Assembly (NCBI GenBank): GCA_028281525.1
Contig: JANQJR010000071.1
Span: 4,692-68,691, forward strand
DNA length: 64,000 nucleotides
DNA from: Magnetovibrio sp.
GTDB lineage: Bacteria > Pseudomonadota > Alphaproteobacteria > Rhodospirillales > Magnetovibrionaceae
Direction of reading: 5' to 3'
Within the stretch, counting starts at the first letter, position 1; each line of letters opens with the position of its first letter. Shown here piece by piece: positions 19,342 through 28,918 of the stretch. The notes beneath the pieces are model-generated. The model was not told the origin of the DNA and made no database searches. It saw only the letters and a list, made by a program, of their open reading frames with translations. The position numbers and the translations under genes were made by a program.

Positions 19342-19497
19342 ATGAATGAAGCAAGACAACCGCGAGAAGATGGGCGCCCCAAGGAACCTCGTCCCAGCGA
19401 TCCCCGCCCGGACGATCCCCGCCCCGACGACCCTCGTCCCGACGACGAGCGTGCCGAAGACGAGCGTGCCAAAGATAGGCGCGGCGAAGAACGGTGA
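19342..19497 (+). CDS. Unannotated 51-aa peptide with (PRPDD)n repeats
   Basis: AAGGTGAG SD; MNEARQPREDGRPKEPRPSDPRPDDPRPDDPRPDDERAEDERAKDRRGEER followed by TGA TGA; absent from the ORF track (<60 aa). Confidence 0.5.
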   Translation: MNEARQPREDGRPKEPRPSDPRPDDPRPDDPRPDDERAEDERAKDRRGEER

Positions 19498-19535
19498 TGA
19501 CACCGACGGCCTCTCGCAAAGCCGCCCCATACACA

Positions 19536-19572
19536 AGGGCCGGAGGCTTAGCCCCCGGCCCTGTTCTTTTTT
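19536..19572. terminator. Intrinsic terminator between the peptide ORF and prpE
   Basis: AGGGCCGG(A)GGC-TTA-GCC(C)CCGGCCCT followed by GTTCTTTTTT. Confidence 0.7.
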
Positions 19573-19588
19573 GCAAACGCCGAAGCTA

Positions 19589-21496
19589 TCAGCCGCGTGC
19601 TTTCGCGTAACCGACCGTTTCCAAGGCCGCTTCGATTTCATCCAAGATGGCCGGGTCGTCGATGGTCGCGGGCATCTTGTACGCTTCGTTGTCGGCGATC
19701 TTTTGCATGGTGCCGCGCAGGATCTTGCCCGAACGGGTCTTGGGCAAACGATCCACCACGGTCGCGGTCTTGAACGCCGCCACGGGACCGATCTGTTCGC
19801 GCACCATCTTGACCACTTCCTTGACGATATCGCCGTGATCGCGGTCCACACCGGCCTTGAGCACCAACAAGCCCAGCGGCATCTGCCCCTTGAGCTGATC
19901 GGCCACCCCCATCACCGCGCATTCGGCGACGTCCGGGTGGGAAGCCAGAACCTCTTCCATCGCGCCGGTGGACAGGCGGTGGCCCGCGACGTTGATGATG
20001 TCGTCCGTGCGCGCCATGACATAGACGTAACCGTCTTCGTCCAAGTAGCCCGCGTCCCCGGTTTTGTAGTAGCCGGGGAACTCATCCAGGTAGGCCTCCT
20101 GGTAACGCGCGTCGGCCTGCCACAAGCTCGGCAGCGTGCCCGGCGGCAGCGGCAGCTTGCAGCAAATGGAACCGATGTCGCCCGCAGCGACCGGGTGGCC
20201 GTCGTCGGCCAGGACCTGCACGTCCCAGCCAGGCGCGGCCTTGGTGGGCGAACCGGGTTTGGTCGGGAATTCATGAAGCCCCAGACAGTTAGCCGCGATG
20301 GACCAGCCGGTTTCGGTCTGCCACCAGTGGTCCACCACCGGCGTGCCGAGAATTTTTTGCGACCATTCCAGGGTATCCGGGTCGGTGCGTTCGCCCGCCA
20401 GATAGAGCGCCTTGAAATGGCTCATGTCGTAGCGCTTCATCAGCTCGGCATTGGGATCGTCGCGCTTGATGGCGCGCAAAGCCGTCGGCGCGGTGAACAG
20501 CACCTTGACCTTGTGTTCGTCGACCACGCGCCAGAACGCACCCGCATCGGGCGTGCCCACCGGCTTGCCTTCATAAATCAACGTCGTGCAGCCGTACAAC
20601 AACGGACCATAAACGATATAGCTATGACCCACGACCCAGCCCACGTCGGATGCGGCCCAGAACACGTCGCCGGGCTCCATGTCGTAGACGGCCTTCATGG
20701 TGTAGTTGAGCGCCACCATGTGCCCGCCGTTGTCGCGCAGGATGCCCTTTGGCACGCCGGTGGTGCCGGACGTATAGAGGATGTAAAGCGGATCGGTCGC
20801 CGCCACGGTGACGCATTCCGTGGGCTCCGCCGTTTCCATGGCTTGGGCCCAGTCGACATCGCGCGCACCCGATAAGTCGGCTTCGGCCTCGGGACGTTGC
20901 AGGACGATGATTTTGTCCGGCTTGTGGCTCGACAGTTCAACGGCCTTATCCAGCATCGGCTTGTATTCAATGGTGCGCCCCGGCTCCAGCCCGCAGGATG
21001 CGGCGACGATGGCCTTGGGCTTGGCGTCGTCGATGCGCGTCGCCAATTCCGCCGCCGCGAACCCGCCGAACACCACGGAGTGGATCGCGCCCAAACGCGC
21101 GATCGCCAGCATGGCGATGGGCGCTTCGGCGATCATCGGCATGTAAACGATGACCCGGTCGCCCTTACCGACACCGTTCGCGCGCAGCACACCGGCGAAG
21201 CGGGAAACCTGATCTTGCAACTCTTTGTATGTGATGGTGCGCTTGGTCCCGCCGGTCATGGGACTGTCGTAGATGATCGCGGCCTGGTCGCCACGGCCGT
21301 TTTCCACATGACGATCCACAGCGTTGTAGCAGGTGTTGCATTCCGCACCCGAGAACCAACGGTAAAACGGCGGGTTGGAGCTATCCAGGACTTTATCCCA
21401 AGGCTTCACCCAATCGATATTCCTGGCTTTGTCTCCCCAAAACGCTTCGGGATCGCTCAGGGATTGCGCATGCGCGACTTCATAAGGATTGGACAT
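19589..21496 (-). CDS. prpE: Propionyl-CoA synthetase
   Basis: YILYTSGTTGVPKG, VVDHWWQTETGW, HRLSTGAMEE and LPKTRSGKILR motifs. Confidence 0.88.
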   Translation of the reverse strand: MSNPYEVAHAQSLSDPEAFWGDKARNIDWVKPWDKVLDSSNPPFYRWFSGAECNTCYNAVDRHVENGRGDQAAIIYDSPMTGGTKRTITYKELQDQVSRFAGVLRANGVGKGDRVIVYMPMIAEAPIAMLAIARLGAIHSVVFGGFAAAELATRIDDAKPKAIVAASCGLEPGRTIEYKPMLDKAVELSSHKPDKIIVLQRPEAEADLSGARDVDWAQAMETAEPTECVTVAATDPLYILYTSGTTGVPKGILRDNGGHMVALNYTMKAVYDMEPGDVFWAASDVGWVVGHSYIVYGPLLYGCTTLIYEGKPVGTPDAGAFWRVVDEHKVKVLFTAPTALRAIKRDDPNAELMKRYDMSHFKALYLAGERTDPDTLEWSQKILGTPVVDHWWQTETGWSIAANCLGLHEFPTKPGSPTKAAPGWDVQVLADDGHPVAAGDIGSICCKLPLPPGTLPSLWQADARYQEAYLDEFPGYYKTGDAGYLDEDGYVYVMARTDDIINVAGHRLSTGAMEEVLASHPDVAECAVMGVADQLKGQMPLGLLVLKAGVDRDHGDIVKEVVKMVREQIGPVAAFKTATVVDRLPKTRSGKILRGTMQKIADNEAYKMPATIDDPAILDEIEAALETVGYAKARG

Positions 21497-21704
21497 TCAT
21501 CCTCCCTCTCACCCTCCGGTCTCTCGGCCTCGTTTTGCGAACGTGCGACCTGCCGGAGTTCATCAATCTACTGTGCGCACACCCCCGCGCACGCGCAGCT
21601 AACTCCTGGTCTGAATTTTGCGGCAAAAGACGGTTTTTTGCAATGCAGCACTGTGGCAAACTGGCGAAAATTGACGAATATTTTAAGTCTGAGGAGGCCT
21701 CCCC

Positions 21705-23348
21705 ATGAGCACGGGCAACAGCATTTACGACCAGGACCTGGGCAAGAACGCCGCGAATTACCAGGCTCTCAGCCCGCTGAGCTTTTTAGAGCGCGCCGCA
21801 CGCGTCTATCCGGACGCGGAAAGCGTGGTGCATGGCAACCGCCGTTATACCTGGTCGGAGACGTTTACCCGCGCGCGCAAACTGGCCTCCGCACTCACCA
21901 AACGCGGCATCCAAAAGAACGACACCGTCGCGGTGATGCTCTCCAACACGCCTGAAATGTATGAAGCGCACTTCGGCGTGCCCGCCTGCGGCGCGGTTTT
22001 AAACGCGCTCAACTACCGCCTGGATGCGGACAACATCGCCTTCATCTTGAACCACGGCGAAGCCAAATTCCTGATCACCGATACGGAATTTTCCGACACC
22101 GTGAAAGAAGCCTTAGGCAAGATCGGGCGCGACGACGTCACCATCATCGACGTGGACGACGAACTGGCCGAGGTGCGCGGCCCGAAGCTGGGCGAGAAGG
22201 ATTACGAAGCGTTTTTGGAAGAAGGCGACGCGGACTTCCCCTGGACCCTGCCGGGCGACGAGTGGGACGCGATCAGCCTCAACTACACATCGGGCACCAC
22301 CGGCAACCCCAAGGGTGTGGTCTATCACCACCGCGGCGCATACCTGAACGCGATTTCCAATGTGGTCGGTTGGAACATGGGCCACCATCCCCGGTACCTC
22401 TGGACGCTGCCGATGTTTCACTGCAACGGCTGGTGCTTCCCCTGGACCTTGGCCGCCAACGCGGGCACCAGCCTGTGCCTGCGCCGCGTCAACGCCGCCA
22501 ACATCTACGCCGCCATTGCGGACGAAAAGGCCACGCATTTTTGCGGCGCGCCGATCGTGCTGAACTTCGTCATCAACGCGACCGAAGCCGAGAAAAAAGC
22601 CTTCGACCACACCGTCGAAGTCATGGTCGCCGCCGCGCCGCCGCCGGCCTCGACGCTGGAAAACATGCAAAAGGCCGGCTTCAACGTGACCCACGTTTAT
22701 GGCCTGACGGAAACCTACGGCCCCGCCGTGATGTGCGCATGGAAACCGGAATGGGATGAGCTCAGCATCGAACAACAGACCTTGAAGAAAGGCCGCCAGG
22801 GCGTGCCCTATCACGTGCTGCAAGACCTCCAGATCATCGATCCCGAAACTATGGAAGCCGTGCCCAACGACGGCGAAACCATGGGCGAGACCATGTTCCA
22901 GGGCAACATCGTGATGAAGGGATATCTGAAAAATCCGGACGCCACGGCGGACGCGTTTCGCGGCGGCTGGTTCCACTCGGGCGATCTGGGCGTGATGCAG
23001 CCGGACGATTACATCAAGCTCAAAGACCGCTCCAAGGACATCATCATTTCCGGCGGGGAAAACATTTCATCCATCGAAGTGGAAGACACCTTGAACAAGC
23101 ACGACGCCGTGTTCGCCGCCGCCGTGGTCGCCAAGTCGGACGACAAGTGGGGTGAAACGCCGTGCGCATTCATCGAGCTTAAACCCGGCACCGAAGGCAC
23201 GGTGACGGAAGAGGAGATGATCCAGTTCTGCCGCGACAACTTGGCGCACTACAAATGCCCCAAGAATGTGGTGTTCGCGGAACTGCCGAAAACGTCCACC
23301 GGAAAAATCCAGAAGTTCAAACTGCGCGAGGTGGCGGAGGATTTGTAA
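21705..23348 (+). CDS. Acyl-CoA synthetase (AMP-binding, medium/long-chain)
   Basis: LNYTSGTTGNPKG, YGLTETYG, WFHSGDL, DIIISGGENIS and PKTSTGKIQK motifs. Confidence 0.92.
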   Translation: MSTGNSIYDQDLGKNAANYQALSPLSFLERAARVYPDAESVVHGNRRYTWSETFTRARKLASALTKRGIQKNDTVAVMLSNTPEMYEAHFGVPACGAVLNALNYRLDADNIAFILNHGEAKFLITDTEFSDTVKEALGKIGRDDVTIIDVDDELAEVRGPKLGEKDYEAFLEEGDADFPWTLPGDEWDAISLNYTSGTTGNPKGVVYHHRGAYLNAISNVVGWNMGHHPRYLWTLPMFHCNGWCFPWTLAANAGTSLCLRRVNAANIYAAIADEKATHFCGAPIVLNFVINATEAEKKAFDHTVEVMVAAAPPPASTLENMQKAGFNVTHVYGLTETYGPAVMCAWKPEWDELSIEQQTLKKGRQGVPYHVLQDLQIIDPETMEAVPNDGETMGETMFQGNIVMKGYLKNPDATADAFRGGWFHSGDLGVMQPDDYIKLKDRSKDIIISGGENISSIEVEDTLNKHDAVFAAAVVAKSDDKWGETPCAFIELKPGTEGTVTEEEMIQFCRDNLAHYKCPKNVVFAELPKTSTGKIQKFKLREVAEDL

Positions 23349-23364
23349 TCCTTCGCGCCGCCCG

Positions 23365-23835
23365 CTATTTCGGCTGCAACCGTTGCGCTTCTAAGATCGG
23401 CATCCCGGCTTCGGTTGGGATGTAGATCGTTTCACGGCCCTGGCCACCTGTTTCCTGCAGCATTTCTATGTAGCGCCATCGCAGATAGCCCTCGGCACCG
23501 CCAAGACTTTCAGCAATGATTTTATTGGCTTCGGCCACGCCGTGCGCTCGCGCGATTTCCGCTTCCGCCTCATAGACGGCAGCTTCCTTTTTCGCTTTGG
23601 CTTCGTTGATTCGGATTTGACGGTTTTGCTCCGCACGCGCAAGTTCAGCTGCGCCGGTCAATCCCTGCACCCAAACGTTATAATGCGGATTGATCACGAT
23701 GGCCGCTCCCATCGCCCCCAATCCTATCAATCCTGAAATCAGAGAGCCGAACGACAAGCCATCGTTTTGCACGAACAAAACAACTGCGATGTATCCAAAA
23801 ACCAATAACAGAACGATTGCAAAAATGATCAGCAT
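23365..23835 (-). CDS. Membrane protein resembling the C-terminal coiled coil of SPFH/prohibitin proteins
   Basis: Two TM helices, then AEAEIARAHGVAEANKII..YLRWRYIE..TIYIPTEAGMPILEA. Confidence 0.7.
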   Translation of the reverse strand: MLIIFAIVLLLVFGYIAVVLFVQNDGLSFGSLISGLIGLGAMGAAIVINPHYNVWVQGLTGAAELARAEQNRQIRINEAKAKKEAAVYEAEAEIARAHGVAEANKIIAESLGGAEGYLRWRYIEMLQETGGQGRETIYIPTEAGMPILEAQRLQPK

Positions 23836-23931
23836 GCTGCCCCCCTCACCAGTATAGGCCCGCCATTTATACGTCTTGCACCTTAAAGCCCCCTTAAGTT
23901 GCGCCAGTCAGAGAAAGGGTGGGCCGCTTGA

Positions 23932-24366
23932 TTACGACCAATCCACCAGCAAGCTGATGTCGCCGATGAAGCCGCGCGGATAGCTGATCACGCGCGCCTT
24001 GAGCCGGTAGCCTTGGGGCTTGCCGTGTTCCTGCCAGAGGTCGTGGAAGTTTTTGGCCTTGCCTTGCAAGGTGTTGGGCCACGTCGGCTCGGAATTGTTG
24101 ATGGCGCGCCCGCCGTCCGAGCAAAAGGCCGATGGAAAGTCCATGACCTCGTATTCGAACACACCGCTCCGCGCCGCGATGGCGATGTGGTCCAACAAGA
24201 TCAGCAGTTCGGATTCGTCGAATGCGCCGTCCATGAAGACGCGGCGCTGTTCTTCAAGAAGGCTCGCATCCGCGTCCAGGCTGTTGTGACGCCGTTTGTC
24301 GGATTCCATCTGCTTGATGCGGGTGTAGCGGCGCAATTGATCTGCGCTCACAATACGCAAAACCAT
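23932..24366 (-). CDS. Conserved hypothetical protein
   Basis: GC-biased codons; [39 protein letters not shown] motif. Confidence 0.75.
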   Translation of the reverse strand: MVLRIVSADQLRRYTRIKQMESDKRRHNSLDADASLLEEQRRVFMDGAFDESELLILLDHIAIAARSGVFEYEVMDFPSAFCSDGGRAINNSEPTWPNTLQGKAKNFHDLWQEHGKPQGYRLKARVISYPRGFIGDISLLVDWS

Positions 24367-24543
24367 CTGAGTTCACTCTCTCAGATCCGGTTAAAACATC
24401 TTTTTAGTGTGCTTATGTGCTGTATGACGAACATGTTGCACTTTTGCGGGTTAATTGCAACCCACCTTTCGTCCAAAACCATGACAGCTCCCCGTCCCGT
24501 CCCCATATGTGGTGTGAACCCCTATGTGTTGTGGAGCAATCCC

Positions 24544-24984
24544 ATGTCCGAATACCGAAAATCCGAACAAGCCGTCGCCGCCTTGTCGCCGGAGCAATAT
24601 CGCATCACCCAGCAAAACGGCACCGAACGTCCGGGCACGGGGGAATACCTCCACAATCATGAGCCGGGCATTTACGTCGATGTGGTCTCCGGCGAACCGT
24701 TGTTCGCATCATCGGACAAATTCGAATCCGGCTGCGGATGGCCAAGCTTCACCAAACCCATCGAACCGGCAAACGTCCAGGAATTGGGCGATCTGTCCCA
24801 CGGTATGGTGCGTACCGAAGTGCGCTCCACCCATGGCGACAGCCATCTGGGCCACGTCTTCCCGGACGGCCCGGTGGATCGGGGCGGGCTGCGCTATTGC
24901 ATCAATTCGGCGTCGCTGCGCTTCGTGCATGTGAACGACATGGAAGCGGAAGGTTACGGAGCGTACGTCGATCAAGTGCGTTGA
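24544..24984 (+). CDS. msrB: Peptide-methionine (R)-S-oxide reductase
   Basis: [34 protein letters not shown] and RYCINSASL motifs. Confidence 0.97.
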   Translation: MSEYRKSEQAVAALSPEQYRITQQNGTERPGTGEYLHNHEPGIYVDVVSGEPLFASSDKFESGCGWPSFTKPIEPANVQELGDLSHGMVRTEVRSTHGDSHLGHVFPDGPVDRGGLRYCINSASLRFVHVNDMEAEGYGAYVDQVR

Positions 24985-24986
24985 TC

Positions 24987-25487
24987 TTACGGGGCGCTGA
25001 TCACCACCACACCTGCCGGGCCGGCCTCCACGCTCACCACCATGCCCGCATAGCCGGGCGTGGCGGAAACGGTGCCGGCAAAGGGCGCTTTGAGACTGGC
25101 GCGGTCCAGCGTCCACACCGCAAGCGCCGCGTCGCGCCGGGCGTTTTCATAAGCGATCAAAGCCTCCGCCCGCGCGGTTTCGGCAATCTCCACATTTTCC
25201 GCCGAGGTCGAGAGCGCGTCGAACAGTTCGCGGGTTTGGTTGTAGCGCAGATCAGACAACTCGAAGATCGTCTTGGTGGCCTTCAGGGCCGCATCCGCCG
25301 CACGCTTTTTCGCCTGAAACGGTTTCAAGTCCAAAACCGCCAGCACGTCGCCGACCTTGACGCTTTGGCCCGCCTTGACCTTGATGTCCGCCACCACGCC
25401 GGAAACCGCAAACGCAAGGCTGCGGTCCGCCGCCCAACCGGTGGCGGACAATACCATCATCAAGGCGGCAAGTATGATCGCTCTCAC
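24987..25487 (-). CDS. Short efflux adaptor-like protein (biotin-lipoyl / HlyD-like)
   Basis: Signal peptide; VSGVVADIKVKAGQSVKVGDVLAVLD lipoyl half; coiled hairpin; LKAPFAGTV; only 166 aa. Confidence 0.75.
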   Translation of the reverse strand: MRAIILAALMMVLSATGWAADRSLAFAVSGVVADIKVKAGQSVKVGDVLAVLDLKPFQAKKRAADAALKATKTIFELSDLRYNQTRELFDALSTSAENVEIAETARAEALIAYENARRDAALAVWTLDRASLKAPFAGTVSATPGYAGMVVSVEAGPAGVVVISAP

Positions 25488-25517
25488 GGCAGTCTTCCCT
25501 TTCTCAATGCACCCGCT

Positions 25518-27005
25518 TCAATTGACAGGCACGGGCGCGACACCTTCCACCGGCGCCGGTTTCGGTGCGGGCGGCTGGCCCCCAGGTTGAACGTCCGGCT
25601 GAACCGGCACGATGTCTTGGCGTTTGAATTCATCGGCGTCGTCCTGACCGAAGCCGGTGCCGGACTTCGGCACGAAAGTGCCGGTATCGTCCATCACGCC
25701 CACGGTTTCGGCCAGGAAGTCCGGGTCCAGCCCGCGTCCCGGATGTTCGCCCAGCATCACCGCGATCTTCGCCTGGATCATGGCGTACGCGCCGGTGGCG
25801 CGCACCAATTCCGCTTCGGCGGCGGTGTGATCGATCATGGCGCGGCCCAGTTCCGAAACACGTTCCTGGGCATAGAGCTGTTGGCGGCGCAGCAGGTTCT
25901 TCGACGTGAAACCGTGCTGCGCCAACGCGGACAGGACACGCTGGAAGGCGTCGTCGCGTTCCATCAGCACCGTATAGGCCTGGCGGCGCAGATCGCTTTT
26001 TCGGGCCTCGTACCGGGCCATCGTGCGGCTCAGTTCTGCGGCCATGCGGGTCTTCTTGGCCTGGGTCAAGCCGCCATCGAAGATCGGCCAATTGAACCGC
26101 GCACCCACGGCGTAATCGTTACGCCCGCGCAAATCGCGGGTCGAATAACCGGTGCTGGCGAAAGCGTCCAAGCTCGGCAAAGCTGCCACACCGTCGCGGC
26201 GCAAGCCCGCGGCTTCCGCCTGCTTGGCGAGAATCAGAAGATCCGGATTGCGCGCCCACACCACCTCCACGAACGCGTCGCGGTCCACTTCGCCGTGTTT
26301 GGCCTTGGGCGGCTCCGGCGGCGAGATCAGCTCTTCGGGCAGGCTCACGCCCATCAACTCTTCCAGGCGCAAACGGTACCCCGCGTTGCGCGTGCGTTCA
26401 CGAAAATAGACCAGGCGCGTTTTTTCCGCCAAGGCCAGGGTCTCTGCCACCCCGATGGGACTGTCGCGGCCCAACGCCTGATTTTCCTTGGCCCGATCCC
26501 ACTTCAGATACGCCGACGTATGCCCTTCGTAAAGCGCGCGCATCTCCAACTCCGAAGCATGCAGATCGTAATAAAGCGCAAGCCCCTCCATCAGCACCGT
26601 GTTACGCGCGGCCGTAAAGGCAAGTTCCGCGGCCTCGGCGTCGCGGCCCGCCGCATCTTGGACGCTTCCGGCCTGCCCGAAATCGTAGACCGGCTGCACG
26701 ACCTCCAGCTTGCCGTAAACTTCGCGGTTGTCGTCGGGATATTTTTTGTGCGCGCGCGGTCGGTAGACCTGAGCGGTGGTGGACAAGGTCAGCGATGGCA
26801 TCAACCCCGCCCCCGCTTCCTTGAGCTTGGCGCGTGCGATATCCATATCCGCCTGGGCGGCGGTGATGGCGTAATCGCCGTTGTTTTCGATGCTTTGCAA
26901 AACTTGCTCTGCCGTGAGCACGCCCGCATCTTCCTGCGCAAATGCCGTGGACACACCCAGCACCACGCCAAGCAGAACCGTCAGGTATCTCCTGACCCGC
27001 TTCAT
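25518..27005 (-). CDS. TolC family outer-membrane efflux protein
   Basis: Signal peptide; two OEP repeats (PSLTLS..VVQPVYDFG; PSLDAFA..FNWPIFDGG). Alternative start at 27020. Confidence 0.85.
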   Translation of the reverse strand: MKRVRRYLTVLLGVVLGVSTAFAQEDAGVLTAEQVLQSIENNGDYAITAAQADMDIARAKLKEAGAGLMPSLTLSTTAQVYRPRAHKKYPDDNREVYGKLEVVQPVYDFGQAGSVQDAAGRDAEAAELAFTAARNTVLMEGLALYYDLHASELEMRALYEGHTSAYLKWDRAKENQALGRDSPIGVAETLALAEKTRLVYFRERTRNAGYRLRLEELMGVSLPEELISPPEPPKAKHGEVDRDAFVEVVWARNPDLLILAKQAEAAGLRRDGVAALPSLDAFASTGYSTRDLRGRNDYAVGARFNWPIFDGGLTQAKKTRMAAELSRTMARYEARKSDLRRQAYTVLMERDDAFQRVLSALAQHGFTSKNLLRRQQLYAQERVSELGRAMIDHTAAEAELVRATGAYAMIQAKIAVMLGEHPGRGLDPDFLAETVGVMDDTGTFVPKSGTGFGQDDADEFKRQDIVPVQPDVQPGGQPPAPKPAPVEGVAPVPVN

Positions 27006-27023
27006 TTCCCCCCACTGCATGTT

Positions 27024-27536
27024 CTAGTGCTGTTCCTGGATGTAGCGGAAAAACGACTTGCCGCTCTTGTGTACACCGTCGACGACGTATTTTCCGGCCA
27101 ACAGAAATTGTTTTTCATCCAAATAGCCGGTGGTGCGCAACGCCTGGGCGCCGTCCTTGTCGTAGAACACGAACACCGGCGTGGCCCGGACTCGCAGCTT
27201 GCGCGCGAAACCGACTTCGTTGGTTTCGGTCCCATCGGGCATGACCACATCCAGATTGCCTTTGATGTTGCTTTCGATCATCACGAAGTTCTGGCTGTAA
27301 TAGTCCATGACGGATGGCGCGGGATGAACGCGCGCGCGCATCTTATCGCAATAAGGACAGCCCGCTTGGTGAAAGAACAGCACCAGGAACTTGTCTTCGT
27401 CGGCCGCCGCCTCGATTTCACCTTGGAAATCGTTGTCGATGCTTTCCGTGCGGAACTCCGCACTGGCTGGCGGTGCGGACAGCGCCCAAACCAGCATCAA
27501 AACGGGTAACAACCACAATCGTCTCACGAAATTCAC
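27024..27536 (-). CDS. Periplasmic thioredoxin-fold protein (SoxW-like)
   Basis: Signal peptide; LFFHQAGCPYCDKM (CPYC); LRVRATPVFVFYD; TTGY. Confidence 0.8.
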   Translation of the reverse strand: MNFVRRLWLLPVLMLVWALSAPPASAEFRTESIDNDFQGEIEAAADEDKFLVLFFHQAGCPYCDKMRARVHPAPSVMDYYSQNFVMIESNIKGNLDVVMPDGTETNEVGFARKLRVRATPVFVFYDKDGAQALRTTGYLDEKQFLLAGKYVVDGVHKSGKSFFRYIQEQH

Positions 27537-27624
27537 CTCACCCCTTGTTGTACAAGTCCCCTGGAATCGTTCTCAATCATAGCGAAAAGCCGGAAATCAC
27601 GCCATCAAATTGAAAAAAACCAAT

Positions 27625-27658
27625 AAAAACCGGCCCTTCCTTGAGGAAGAGCCGGTTT
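27625..27658 (-). terminator. Intrinsic terminator after the DUF465 gene
   Basis: AAACCGGC..CTTCC-TTGA-GGAAG..GCCGGTTT with A-tract on the plus strand. Confidence 0.7.
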
Positions 27659-27697
27659 GATCGTGTGGCCCTCACTGGCTCTGTCGACCGGAACCGG

Positions 27698-27865
27698 TCA
27701 ATGGCGGGTGAGGACTTCCAATTCGTCTTTAATTCGCAACTTTTCTTTCTTTAGGGTGTGGATTTCAGTGTCGTCAGGATAGGGTTTTGAATTTTCCATT
27801 TCGATGGCCGTTTCCAACTCGCTGTGGCGTGTTTTGAGCGAATCGATCCTGCTATCCAATGCCAT
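27698..27865 (-). CDS. DUF465/YdcH family protein
   Basis: RIDSLKTRHSELETAI..LKKEKLRIKDEL. Confidence 0.88.
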   Translation of the reverse strand: MALDSRIDSLKTRHSELETAIEMENSKPYPDDTEIHTLKKEKLRIKDELEVLTRH

Positions 27866-28056
27866 TGTAATTTCTCCCAGCATTTTTGATCCATACTGGC
27901 AAGAATCTTACGCCTCAGGATGCCAAAAATAAAGTCCCACCTGATCGCTCCGAGTTTTCAAAGCGTTGAACCGTGTCCTTTAAGGAATCGCATTTCCGGA
28001 CCTGTAAAAACGGCTGGGATGTGTGATATGGTGAGGCGAATTTGAACGGACTTTCC

Positions 28057-28263
28057 ATGCACGAAGACACTTTCGACGACCCCCGCGCCCGGCTTGAAGA
28101 GCTGAAATCGGAACACCGCGATTTGGACGACGTCATCGCCCGCCTTTCCGAGGACGCGGCACCCGATTTGTTGCAATTGCAACGGCTCAAAAAGCGCAAA
28201 CTGCTGCTGAAAGATCAAATCGCAAAACTGGAAAGTGGTTCCATTCCCGACATCATTGCCTAA
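28057..28263 (+). CDS. DUF465/YdcH family protein
   Basis: EHRDLDDVIARL..LQRLKKRKLLLKDQI..PDIIA. Confidence 0.9.
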   Translation: MHEDTFDDPRARLEELKSEHRDLDDVIARLSEDAAPDLLQLQRLKKRKLLLKDQIAKLESGSIPDIIA

Positions 28264-28299
28264 ATAACCAAAATCAGAATATGGTTTTTGGAGGGGCAT

Positions 28300-28902
28300 A
28301 TGAGCAACGATGCCATCATCGATTATTATTTTTCCGTGGTTTCGCCTTTCACCTATCTGGGCGATGCACGCTTCCAGGAGCTGGCCAAAGCGCACGGCAC
28401 GCGGGTCATCTACCACCCGCTCAGCTCTCCCGACCTGTTCCCCGCCACCGGCGGGCAACTGCTCAAAGACCGCGCCCAGCACCGCAAAGACTACCGCATC
28501 GTCGAATTGAAGCGCTGGCGCGATCACCTCGGTCTTGCGATCAACATCCAGCCGCAATTCTTCCCCGTCCCCGAAGCGCCCGCATCAAAACTCATCCTCG
28601 CCGTTCAAGAAGCCGGGCATGACGCAGGCGCGTTGGTGTCGTGGCTGCTGAAAGCCGTGTGGGTGGACGAACTGGACGTCAGCGACGCGGATACCCTGGT
28701 GACGTTGGCCAATGCCGCAGGGTTGGACGGCGCAGCGATGCTGAATGCCAGCCAGGATGCAAGTTTCGATCAGGCCTTCGCGGACACCACGCAAACGGCC
28801 ATCACGCGCGGCGTGTTCGGCTATCCAAGCTACATTTACAAGGACGAACTGTTCTGGGGCCAGGACCGCCTGGACTTCCTAGAGCGCGCCCTGAGCACTT
28901 AA
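28300..28902 (+). CDS. 2-hydroxychromene-2-carboxylate isomerase / GST-kappa (DsbA family)
   Basis: IDYYFSVVSPFTYLG and GVFGYPSYIYKDELFWGQDRLDFL motifs. Confidence 0.9.
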   Translation: MSNDAIIDYYFSVVSPFTYLGDARFQELAKAHGTRVIYHPLSSPDLFPATGGQLLKDRAQHRKDYRIVELKRWRDHLGLAINIQPQFFPVPEAPASKLILAVQEAGHDAGALVSWLLKAVWVDELDVSDADTLVTLANAAGLDGAAMLNASQDASFDQAFADTTQTAITRGVFGYPSYIYKDELFWGQDRLDFLERALST

Positions 28903-28918
28903 AGGGATGAACGCCTGA

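Noticed and set aside
19086-19472. Minus-strand ORF with SSGRG repeats
   Set aside because: It is the antisense reading of the PRPDD repeat and overlaps about 200 nt of the lipoprotein gene. The plus frame has the SD and fits the operon direction. Not fully excluded.
24738-27509. 923-aa plus-strand ORF, and similar long antisense ORFs such as 3836-5488, 11221-12855, 42590-44161 and 46866-48284
   Set aside because: These are shadow frames opposite well-supported genes in GC-rich DNA, with no recognisable motifs.
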